From NCBI GenBank assembly GCA_002811645.1, contig PDIP01000262.1, positions 1 to 54,870 of the forward strand: DNA of 54,870 nucleotides, written 5' to 3'. Made by a program: the position numbers and the translations under genes. Each line of letters begins with the position of its first letter. The stretch's first letter is position 1. This document shows, in pieces, positions 33,419 to 43,768 of this stretch. This stretch comes from Corallochytrium limacisporum Hawaii (Eukaryota; Protista; Pluriformea). The notes beneath the pieces are model-generated. The model was not told the origin of the DNA. It ran no database searches and was given only the letters and a program-made list of their open reading frames with translations.

Positions 33419-35848
33419 TGTTCTAGGAACTTGAACAGAACAATTGATCCTAACTTTGCGGTTGACACTTGGTCTGTTTAGAGCGCGCGAAACTTCATTA
33501 GGGCCGCTCCAGAAGAGATTTCTTAAATACCAAAGCCTTCGACATTGACCACCATCGAGTTCGCACGCAGCTAGCAGTCAGTAGAATGAAAGGGATTCGG
33601 AGACTGTGGGGATACAGGGATATAACACAATCCATCACACTTCCACTTTCTAAACCTCACACACTGGGTACCTTGAGCGATCCAGTCTTGAAGAAAACGG
33701 GCCTCGCCGTTCAAAGTTTTCTGGTCATTCGTTCGTCCGCTTTTGCTGGGTTCACTGGGCCCCGGATCTACTTCGCTGTTACTTTCGATCGTTTTCTGTT
33801 GGTGCGGCATGACCACTAGATGAGCACCGTCACACCGACGCACGAAAGCGGCTTGAAAAGAAAGGCCGTGGAAGGGACTATCTTGGGAGCGACAGGGAGG
33901 GCGAACCCCCCCCCCCCGGGGGGGGAAAGCGGGCAGCCGCGTAGGCCCAAAGGCGGGGGGACCCGTGGGGGGGATCGAGAGAGTGAGACCGTGTACGCAC
34001 GAGAAGGGAAAAGGAAAACCCAGCGAGCGGGGGAGTGGGGCGGCCTGCGTGAGTGAGCGAGTGCAGGATCCGTGGGGGGCAAAAGTCATGGAGATGAGGG
34101 GAAGTTACTGACTACCAAATGCCAAACGCACTATTTCTGCTCGGGCGGGATCATAGGCATCGTTAATGACTCGCAGCAGGCGGATTTTGACAACCGTTAA
34201 TTGCGGTCGAGTCGGCTTAGTCGCTTTGCCATCCCGGCTGGTCGACCTTCCCTGGTGGCTCTTCCTTTCCCTGATCCTACGTCCTCTCACGTCTGACCCT
34301 CCCGACCAAACCCCACCCGGCCCCCTCGGGGAGGGACGGGGAGTTGGGGTTGGCGGTTGGGGGGTTGGGGGAGATGTCTTCAACAGAAACGCGGACACAC
34401 GTCAGAGGGGATCCGACCGGTAGGGCGATACAAATGAAGCTACTCTTTAAGGCCGACAATCTGTTGTTTGTGGAAGGAAATTGAGTAGTTTGGCCAAGTC
34501 TATGTCCCGGCCGTTCCGTTTCTGCGCTCAATTTCATCACTGATCGTTCTGAGCGGGGCCCTGTATGCGTGCGGCTTGCATATTCCCTTGTATCTGGTTC
34601 ATGTGTTGTTACTTTTAGGGGGGCGAACCGCTATTGACTGGGGATGTCTTTGTGAGTCGCATTCGCTCTGTTCATGCAAACCCTCCTGCTAAAGACAGAG
34701 GACAACATCACATGGCATCGGTTCGAAGCGAGAAACCACAAGCCAGAAGTATACTCATGTAACTAAGACTCATGAACAGACGCCCGCACATGCGGCACGA
34801 ATAGGTCACTCTCAGTCTCTTATCTTCGCACTCTCACTCTAGCCCCGTGTCTGCAATCTATGGTCTGGCCGCTAAGAAATGGAAGCCACTTTCGTACTTA
34901 AATTCTTCGTGCCGGTTCTTGATAAACATTCGAAATGCCATCAATAGCGCACTTTTTACAGTCACTTCCCATTTTCCGTCCCTGGATATTGGCAGTCTCT
35001 CTATTCGCACCGACGACTCTAATGAGGAAGCCAAGTATTGTTCCCTTGGAAGGGCACTCAATCAACCGAACTCCGCCCCTCCTAATAGACAATGCTAATT
35101 GCAAGTGGTACGATATTCTATTTGGCACAATGCGGCTTTTGAATGTGTTATCTTAAGTCTTGATGATCGCCAAGAGGGACACAGACCGGCAATTTTAGAT
35201 CGGTTTATGTCATAGCTATGGGGAGTGGTTGGAATGTTGATAGCGTACGCTGGACAAAACAGCCGTATTCTGATACGAAGCCTAAATGTGCCCTCCCCTC
35301 ATCCTGTCCCTCACCTCCAGTACTTTCTCATGTTTTCCAGACCTGATCGACACCTTCCTTGCCGCTGATTGATCAGCTTGAGCTAACCGTTCGTGGATTT
35401 TGGTACGGGAATTTCGATCGGCTTTTGTTGATGGTGAGAGGGGATTTGGCATGAGCGTGGAGCTCGACTCGATCCATAATGATGATGTGCACACTATCAT
35501 CCAATCAGACGCAGAATTCGCCCTCATTGCCGTCAAAATTGATGTGGGTTTGTGATGTCCGCATAGATTATGCTCGAATGCGGGAGTTTTTTCAGTCAAA
35601 CTGCGCTTACAGTCTGCGCAGTTTGAGATAACCGCATTTGTTCGAGGTTCGAGACGACGGGCGAAAATCAGTGAACGGATGTGACAGTGACTGGACAACC
35701 GAGTTTTGCAAACATATGGGCGCCAGGACCCGGGGGTCAGGGCCGCGCGTGTGCGCTGTTATTCTGATGGGCACAGTCACTACGTAGAGGCAACATTTCC
35801 GTTTCCCAATTTGAATCGTCAGACTTCGGCCGTCGTTTCGTTCCGACA

Positions 35849-36077
35849 ACAGCGTGAGTCGTTTGGCATAGTCGCCCAGTATTGTGGCGGGGTTGGTTGC
35901 ACTCTCAGTACTGAAAGTCCGCATCTGACCTGGCCTTACGCGTACCTCCCTAGAGACCTTGACTACAGCGTGAGTCGTTTGGCAAAATCGCCCAGTATTG
36001 TGGCGGGGTTGGTTGCACTCTCAGTACTGAAAGTCCGCATCTGACCTGACCTTACGCGTACCTCCCTAGAGACCTTG
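35849..36077. repeat. Tandem duplication with 116-bp period, two 113-bp copies
   Basis: 35849-35961 vs 35965-36077, three mismatches. Confidence 0.95.
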
Positions 36078-38405
36078 CCGGCGGACGGGAGGCGTTCAGC
36101 TGTGGAAGACGTCCTGAACGTTCAGTATGGGGCTTTTAGCCCCGCTTCACGAGCTGGGGGTCCACAGGCGAATCAAACGCATTTTCAGTTTCACTGAAGA
36201 ACCACAGACAGTATTTCCGAAAAGTAGGCACATTGTAGGTGATAATCATCATTCCGGGGATTCCATGTGCTGCGATACAAACGTGTGCGCACGCGAACGG
36301 TGCGCAACCAAGTGTGACGAGTCATGGGGTGGCGCATGCCGTGCTGGCTTGACTGACATACATCACCGTCAATAATTGACTATAACGTAACAATGAGGAT
36401 GGTCACCAATTGCATCGCCTGGTCAGTGCGCCATAGGCTGACAGAGTTTACAACAATAATGATGCTAACAGGCTGGTGCTGTGTTGCTGGAGTACAATGG
36501 TGAGGATTACTTTGCAAACAGAACTGTGACCATGATGAGCAAATCAACCGTCCAGGGCAACCCACCCGTGCAACCAACTTGTCCGAAAGCGACGGGATCG
36601 ATGTTGTGAAACTAGTCCACGTAGCTCTGGTTGTCTGTAGTTCTTGTCTCACGCCAGCTCCGATTCATTTCAAGAATCGGGTTCCTGCAAAGTCAAGTCA
36701 TGTTCGAACGCAAGCCTAGTCCAGCAATAGACCGCTCATCCGGCTGTCCAATGAGGTGTCGAATAGTTCCTTCGTTGACCGTAGCTTTTGCTGTTTTCAT
36801 CACATATTGTCCCAAACCCGGAATGATAATTCTTCCCGTCCGTAAATGGGTTTCCACCGCACAGGGACTGGACCTGGAGAAATCAGTGCACTTGGAGTTC
36901 AGTTGGTAGCCTGGCATTGGTAGCTACTCAGAGAACTGTTAGGACCTCAGAGATACCCAAAGAGAAAGTGCGGGGAAGGGGATATATGCACAGTTTCCCA
37001 TGCCCCAAAGGCGTGTGTGTGTGGGGATTTGAACAAGATTGTGCTAGCAGCTCATGTGCAGCCTCGTCGAAGGGGGGGGGGGCCGGGGGGATCCCCCCCT
37101 TTTTTTCTTCCTTGTAATCGCGCACGTTTAATACTCACACCGAGTGTTTCTGTGTACAGGCTCCTCTGTTCCGGTCCTGTGTGAGGTTTTGCCAAACGAT
37201 TTTCCCACTGCTGTTGCGGCAAAGCGGGGACACCTTGCGTGCGGGTAAAGTCCCCATTCCAAGGCATAATGAAGCTGGATGTGTACGGCTCGGGTTTGGC
37301 AGACATCATTGGGCAATGTGGTTCTCTGAGTTGGTTGGCTAAAGGGAAACATGTTAGGAAAGAGTTCGTTACAAAAGTTACTCTTTGGTGACCTCGAGGA
37401 GGATGACGGGTACCACAATGAGGACACCATCCAATGATGATGATGCTTGGTGATCCTTTGCAGCTCCGGAAATCCCGTTCGGTTTTCGACCAAACATGGA
37501 GGGGCTGGGAGGGTAGCGAATTTGGTTCTCACTCGGTGAAATCGGTCGTGATAACGAGGAGAAACACTGGGTGACTCGTTGATGCAGTCCTTGTTTGTCT
37601 CCAATCATCTGTATTCTAGTTTAGGTTTCTTGCGGATCTTGGAGACGAGCGCTTGGAAGAACTAATGGGTTGCTGCCCCTGTATGTAGCCAGCACCAAGA
37701 GTCCCAGAAGCCAAGTGCAGGTGTCGTTCCACAAGGCACCGACAGCCCGACTCGAAGCACTGGCGAGTGAGATCGTCCAAGGTAATGAGGCCCCCTCCTG
37801 TCCAGCGATGCCAATTTGTGATGTCCGCAACTTTATTGACTCTCCCATGGACAATTAATCAGGGGTCTACTTTATAACCAGTGACACTGGCGGTTCAGAC
37901 TGCGCGGATCATTGTTAATTCAAATAATGGGGAGTTCAGTTGTTCGCCGACCAAGCAAGCGGCTTACTCAGAAGCTCGCGCGTCGGGTTCACAACCCAGG
38001 GAGGGAATATGTATGAATCCACGGAATGTCAGCTTCTGGGGCCGGTGTGAACCGAAATGTACCGGTGCTGGCTACCCGTGCATGGGGCGCGGAGTTAGAA
38101 GAGGGAGGTAAAGGGACTGGTGGGAGCGGCGGGGCTTCGCTGTGCTCCTCCGGGCTGTCACCGCAGAAGAGCAAACTGGCGCCTAAACACAGAAAATGTA
38201 GTTATTTCAACCTATAGCAAAAAAGAAGACGTAATTTAATGAATTATTTCCAAGGGAAAGACTGACACGGATCATCGTGAATGAGTAAAGTACCGGTAGA
38301 AACCATTGTATTGTATTTCGCATTGCTTAGAAACACACAACATGACATAGCAGAATAAGGAGGGCAGACATATCCTTGAAAATAGGCAGAAAAAATTGAT
38401 AAGCG

Positions 38406-39557
38406 ATGATGAAATCTCTCCGCTTCGTCGCAAAAAATCCAAAGTACTTTTTCAGGCTCTTCGTGGTATGTTTGGCGATCACTGCGCTTCTTCTAATCGC
38501 CACCACCCGAACTACGGTAGTAGAGGAGCGGAATTCCGTCGTTGAATTGAATAACAAAGATGCATCAGGGGCACCAGCACCAGCTGTGAAAAATCCGGGA
38601 GGTTTGAAAAATGAGAAAAACCGTCGAAAGCAGCAAACTTCCGAAGGCAAAAAGGAGGCTTTGATACTCAAGAAACATCTTGACGAAGACAGCCCCGAAT
38701 ACGTCGAGCGTGAGGAGCTCATGCGTCATGATGTCATGGAAGTTTGTGAATCACTGCAGAGTACGATCCGCGATAATGGCTGGGACTATCTCGACGAAAA
38801 TGATAGAGATCGGTGGGAACAGGATAGGTGCGAGGAAGTCCTACCGGTGTTCCCGCCCATGAACACCGGTAAGACAGAGATCTGTCTCCTCGTGGCCAAC
38901 GGTCCGTCTCTTCGCCAACAGACTTGGGACTTTCTTGGTCAAATTGACCACGTGATTGGTTTGAACAAAATATTTCTTGGGATAAACAAGTTCTCGCTTC
39001 CTCTCGACTCCTACGCGGTCATCAATTCGCTAGTCGCAGAGCAGTCCGTGCAGGAGATTGAAGAAACTCTGCACCCTGATACGGTCAAGTACATCACCGA
39101 GAGAAAGAAGAATCTGTTCACGGCCGGTCGTGGGGACGAAGTCTTTTTAAAGTCCATTGCTGCGCCGGAATTCTCACGGAGACTGAAGAAAGGCGTATTT
39201 GAAGGTTGGACTGTGACATATGTCGCCTTCCAAATTCTCTACGAGGTCGGATGCAGGAACGTAGTGGTCGTTGGTATGGACCATAACTTCAATCAGAGCG
39301 GAAGCCCCAATGAAGAGCAGGAGATGACGGGAGATGATCCTAATCACTTTGACTCAAAGTATTTCAAGGACAAAGTTTGGAATCTTGCGGATATTGAGAA
39401 CAGCGAAAAGTATTATGCTGTCGCGCGTGACACATATGCTAAGGATGGCCGGCAGATCATTGACGCGACAATTGGTGGAAAGTGCACCATCTTCAAAAAG
39501 GTAGATGGGATCCAGGAGGCATTAGCGTTGATTCAGGAAGGAAAGACTCCACAGTGA
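38406..39557 (+). CDS. Type II membrane DUF115 / Maf-like (MptE-like fold) putative glycosyltransferase
   Basis: Short basic tail, one TM helix (LFVVCLAITALLLIA) and a stem, then LVANGPSL, IGLNKI, GWTVTYVAFQILY.VG..VVVVGMDHNF, DPNHF..YF, IIDATIGGKC.IF.K. This is the motif series of bacterial DUF115/Maf and Cst-like enzymes. Confidence 0.8.
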   Translation: MMKSLRFVAKNPKYFFRLFVVCLAITALLLIATTRTTVVEERNSVVELNNKDASGAPAPAVKNPGGLKNEKNRRKQQTSEGKKEALILKKHLDEDSPEYVEREELMRHDVMEVCESLQSTIRDNGWDYLDENDRDRWEQDRCEEVLPVFPPMNTGKTEICLLVANGPSLRQQTWDFLGQIDHVIGLNKIFLGINKFSLPLDSYAVINSLVAEQSVQEIEETLHPDTVKYITERKKNLFTAGRGDEVFLKSIAAPEFSRRLKKGVFEGWTVTYVAFQILYEVGCRNVVVVGMDHNFNQSGSPNEEQEMTGDDPNHFDSKYFKDKVWNLADIENSEKYYAVARDTYAKDGRQIIDATIGGKCTIFKKVDGIQEALALIQEGKTPQ

Positions 39558-39846
39558 GTGGGCAAAAAGGAATCACCGAACATTAAGAACCCTCCATCAT
39601 ATGACCCAACTTGAGGGGCGTGCTTTTAGGAAAGCAGCAGTTGGGAAACAGCTATTAGAGTTTGTACAATTTATTTTCATAACCAAAGACTATCGGTTAT
39701 CGGTATCTTACGGATAGGGTGATACGTTTTGTTTATCTGCACTGAATTTCTAACACGATCGTTGACCACAGAATAAAACATCCAGTATTCCTCTTCACTA
39801 CTATATCGATGAAATAGTGAGCAGAGCAGAATGATTTGTTCTGTCA

Positions 39847-42603
39847 TCATGGCCTCATTGCATCCAATTTCTCACATAGCGTACACATCGACGACCATAC
39901 ACCGCGGTTCATCTTCTTCTCGACATAGTCCCGAAATGGTTGCCGGAGCTCTCTCCAAGGCTTCGTTTTCCACGCCAGTTTTTGTGCATAGCGGTCCGGA
40001 TTCTCCTCTAGCTCATTCAGCTGAGCGACCAGGCCACTCACCATCTCCTCAATCGCGCCCTGACGGTCTGGCGCTTCTTCGATGGCTCTCAGTTCACCAA
40101 TGTAAATAACTGAGTCGAGATCAGGCAGCATTGTCTCGAAGTTCTGCAGCGGTCCGGCCACGATGGGTACACATCCGGCCATAAGAGCATCCCATACCTT
40201 CTCAGTGACATAGTCCTCACCATCGCTGTTCTCTAGCGCGATGCAGTATCGGTAGGTTCGAAAGAGGTCCATCTTGTTTTTGACCATATTGCGGTCATTA
40301 AAATTGTGGAACTTTAAGTTGGGCTTGTTTCCTATTGTATTCAAGCACTCGCCATATGAATGGACCAGGAATCTCATAGCATCGTTGGCATCCAGGTTTT
40401 CACCACTGTCATCGCCAGTCTCCATTCCCATGAACGTCTTCATGAAATCAGTCCTGGGCTGGGCTTGGCAGTTCCTCTGCAAGAAAACCACCGCTGGGAT
40501 CTTCTCGTAGTAATTAACAGGAGGCTCAAACAAGCGATCTATGTCACCTCCGGTGGACTCCGCAAGAAAGCTGATGTGCACGTCCGCGGAACGGCGGTAG
40601 CTCATTTCCAGCTCAAACAGGTCCCATGTGATCCTTTCCTTCCCGGTCCAACTGGCGTCAAATCCCCGTTGAGCCCATGCATTCCCGACCCACGCGCCAT
40701 CGAAGTTCTCGTCCGTGCCCACAACTGTCTTCTGCCACCACTTCTTCTTGGCTTTTTCCGCTTCAATGGCATTGACATTTTCGGTGTGGCTTGCTGCCCA
40801 CCAGAAAGCGTCCGGCAGTGGCTCATCGGGTTTTACATTGGGCAGTGTCCAATAAGGAAAAACCAGGCACGGGACCGGACAGTCCTTCAGCACAAAATGA
40901 CGGCGCCTGGAGCCAATCTTTGGTGGATCGTATCGGTTACGGACTGGCGGCTTGTCATAGTTGGGTGAGATCCAATTCTCGGTCATCATCTGTACGCGGA
41001 CAATGGAGCCGCGCGGAGGTTGGGAGGGTTTGTCCAGATGGCGAATGGTATCTAGCCTTGGAGTATCACAGCGGTCCAGGGGTAGGTAGAAAAGATCTGT
41101 AGTGATTTTGGAACCCTGTGTTCTCTGGTCGTTCTTACCTTCTATCAGCATCCAATGACCCCTTCTCTTTGCTTGATCAAGCATTGACTGGTCCGGGTCC
41201 AGGGTCGTCGTCTCCAGGCCTGGACTTCTACCGACCACAGACGGTTCCTTCGGAGATAGGAGATTCACCGCTCTCTTGAGTGGCAGGCCAGATTTCACCC
41301 TGGTAAGAATTGGCTTCTCACCCCAGACCAATCCAAACTGAATGACTGACGGAGCAACAGGTAATCTCTCACTAGCTGAGTACGAAAACCGGCCCATACC
41401 GTACCAGCGCCCGCTTACAGCCACAGACAGTGGGAAATACCCGAACTTGACCTGATGTACCGGATTGACACACCCTAACCGAAGCAGCGTCGAGGCGGAC
41501 GTGGCGATCATGGTCCTGTCCGAGGATATCATATCCGCGCTCTGTTGCTCGAGCACGCTAGTGACCAGTCTAATGGTCCGTTCCTTAGCTCGCAAAAGAC
41601 AAAACCCGGCCATAAACTCTCCGTCCGAGCCAGATTGACCTACAATCAGGTCCCAGTCTCTGTGGGCGTTGGCGTAGGCACGGACTGAGGGTAACGGATC
41701 GCGGCTCCACACCGAGTCAGGACTAATAGTGAGCATAGGTACGTTGTTTAGCAGGAGAAATATCTGTACCTGGGAAAGGAGGAACTCGCGCTGGGCTTTG
41801 GCGGACATGTGCTTCACCATCTTTTTGAATTCATCCTCATCTTCTGCTACTTGTCTGTTGATGACTTGTGGTCCCGATTTCCCTCCCTTTGTCAGTTCTG
41901 TAGAGTCGCGATCATCTTTAAAATTCATCTCAATGTCCAGCCCTAAAGTATCTGTGACTGGGAGGTATACAATGTGCAAATTACTACCACTGAAAGGATA
42001 CGGCCCTTCGCTCTGCCTCACTCCCGCCAGTGCGTGGCCTACAGATACGTCGTGGACCACAAAGATTGTAAATTGCAATACCTTTGGCAGGTCAGCCACG
42101 GAACAAAGCCAATGATGAACACTTGTCACAGACTCATGGTCGACGGGCATGACCAGAACGAACTCTCCACCGTTGTCCGGTTCCTCATCTCTACCACCTT
42201 GGGCTGAGTGCAGAATATCGCGCGTACGCAAAGCCAGAGAATCCCATGCCGACTTTAACGTGGCATGGGTCGGGTTCTCAGCAAGTCTTCTACGCTCCAT
42301 GTCAAGTGAGGCACGGACAGAGGGTAGTTCAATTCCTAGAGCCTGCGCCCGCTTGAGAGTCTGCGACGTGATCGGCGATTGAAGGACCTCAGTCAACAGA
42401 GCTGTGGTAGCTATTGCTGGCGTGAAATTGTGATTGCTCGGAGTCCAGTCGGAAAGATGAGTGAACATGAATCCTGTTAACACCAGAATAACGGCAATCT
42501 GAACCCAGAGAAGCCAGGAAATTATGCCTGTGCATGACTTTTTCCGATGACGACAGATCTGTGATAATGGGGATCCGACTGGACCAATCGAAACCTTTGC
42601 CAT
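39847..42603 (-). CDS. Type II membrane fusion: degenerate GT77-like nucleotide-sugar transferase domain plus GT10 alpha-1,3/4-fucosyltransferase
   Basis: N-terminal TM helix. The GT10 motif YRYCIALENSDGEDYVTEKVWDALMAGCVPI is intact (about 40165-40255). The N-half has HWLCS, LLNNVPMLTISPDSVWSRDPL and FMAGFCLLR, as in the Nucleotid_trans/GT77 family. Confidence 0.85.
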   Translation of the reverse strand: MAKVSIGPVGSPLSQICRHRKKSCTGIISWLLWVQIAVILVLTGFMFTHLSDWTPSNHNFTPAIATTALLTEVLQSPITSQTLKRAQALGIELPSVRASLDMERRRLAENPTHATLKSAWDSLALRTRDILHSAQGGRDEEPDNGGEFVLVMPVDHESVTSVHHWLCSVADLPKVLQFTIFVVHDVSVGHALAGVRQSEGPYPFSGSNLHIVYLPVTDTLGLDIEMNFKDDRDSTELTKGGKSGPQVINRQVAEDEDEFKKMVKHMSAKAQREFLLSQVQIFLLLNNVPMLTISPDSVWSRDPLPSVRAYANAHRDWDLIVGQSGSDGEFMAGFCLLRAKERTIRLVTSVLEQQSADMISSDRTMIATSASTLLRLGCVNPVHQVKFGYFPLSVAVSGRWYGMGRFSYSASERLPVAPSVIQFGLVWGEKPILTRVKSGLPLKRAVNLLSPKEPSVVGRSPGLETTTLDPDQSMLDQAKRRGHWMLIEGKNDQRTQGSKITTDLFYLPLDRCDTPRLDTIRHLDKPSQPPRGSIVRVQMMTENWISPNYDKPPVRNRYDPPKIGSRRRHFVLKDCPVPCLVFPYWTLPNVKPDEPLPDAFWWAASHTENVNAIEAEKAKKKWWQKTVVGTDENFDGAWVGNAWAQRGFDASWTGKERITWDLFELEMSYRRSADVHISFLAESTGGDIDRLFEPPVNYYEKIPAVVFLQRNCQAQPRTDFMKTFMGMETGDDSGENLDANDAMRFLVHSYGECLNTIGNKPNLKFHNFNDRNMVKNKMDLFRTYRYCIALENSDGEDYVTEKVWDALMAGCVPIVAGPLQNFETMLPDLDSVIYIGELRAIEEAPDRQGAIEEMVSGLVAQLNELEENPDRYAQKLAWKTKPWRELRQPFRDYVEKKMNRGVWSSMCTLCEKLDAMRP

Positions 42604-43737
42604 GTCTTCTATATTTCCCAGATCTACAGCCGTGGAAACGATCTAATTCTGAGGCATTGAAAACTAAGTTTTAAGACTCGGTTCCTCCGGAACTCTCCCC
42701 ACCGTCTACTCTGCTACATAGTTTCAACTAGCCTGTCCACGATACAAGTTTCGCAGATTTCCTTTCCACGGACCTTCGGTGTCTTAGCAGTGCAAGGCTA
42801 TGACTTCCGCTGAATTTATAGTCCGTTCACGAATGTCACTAGACCTTACCGCCGCACCTTATTACTTTTCATTTCTATATTTCTAATTGTTATGCACCAT
42901 AGTCTTCGTGCACCACAAATCCTTGCACAATAATTGCAAAATCAGATTCTAATAGCGCTACGGTTTCCTCAAACACACTCAAAAGATTCAGAGATGAAGT
43001 ACCACGAAGAGAGAACGTATAAGGACAGGCAAAGTCGTTCACACACGACTGCGTCGGGCGTCACGGAAGCCCCCACGGAATACCCCCACAACCAACCTAA
43101 AACTCTGGCCCGGAAGTGGGCTGTGTGCCGTAGTCGACAAGGAGAAGCGGTTAGGGTTCCTACCCCAGCCACTGTGTACTTAAGGTCTCCCTCCCATTCA
43201 CACCCACCCACCCACTCGCAACCAACGGAGAGAGACTAAGGGGTGGAGACGCAACCGGGCAAAAGGGGCGTTGGGGTGTTGGGGGGCACCTCATCCGTGG
43301 CCCGCCGCCACCTAGGTGATCCGGCCACAAACTGCAAGAAAAACAAGAGGCCAACCGGCATAAATTGAAACCAGAGAGGGCTTTGCAAGGAAAACATGGG
43401 CGCGCGTGTCAAGTCTTTGGTTTTTTTTTTCTTTTGTGCAGGTTCCTTTTTTTTTTCTTTCTTTCTTTCTTTTTTTTTTGGGCCTGTGAGGCCGTGAGGA
43501 GACACTCCCGCGTGTGGCAGGCGCCCGCATTGGCTTCCCCTGCCCGACGCTCCTCCGGACTTTCCTCCTCCGCTCCCCCCGGTATGTATTAACTTCCTTT
43601 CCCTGCCGGGTCAATCGGAAGGAATTTCAGCCAATTGTGCACTATTCATCGGTGTTATTTTATGGTGCTCCCATTTTTTCTTTTCTTCCTTCGATTCCCC
43701 GCGTATGTGATCCTTGCTTGGGCTGGGCTAGTTACCG

Positions 43738-43738
<1 letters not shown>

Positions 43739-43766
<28 letters not shown>
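43739..43766. repeat. (TGCG)7 microsatellite
   Basis: Read directly from the sequence. Confidence 0.95.

Positions 43767-43768
<2 letters not shown>

Noticed and set aside
34400-37900. Possible transposon or pseudogene remains in the gene-free interval
   Set aside because: Manual translation gave no RT, integrase or transposase motif. A translated database search is needed.
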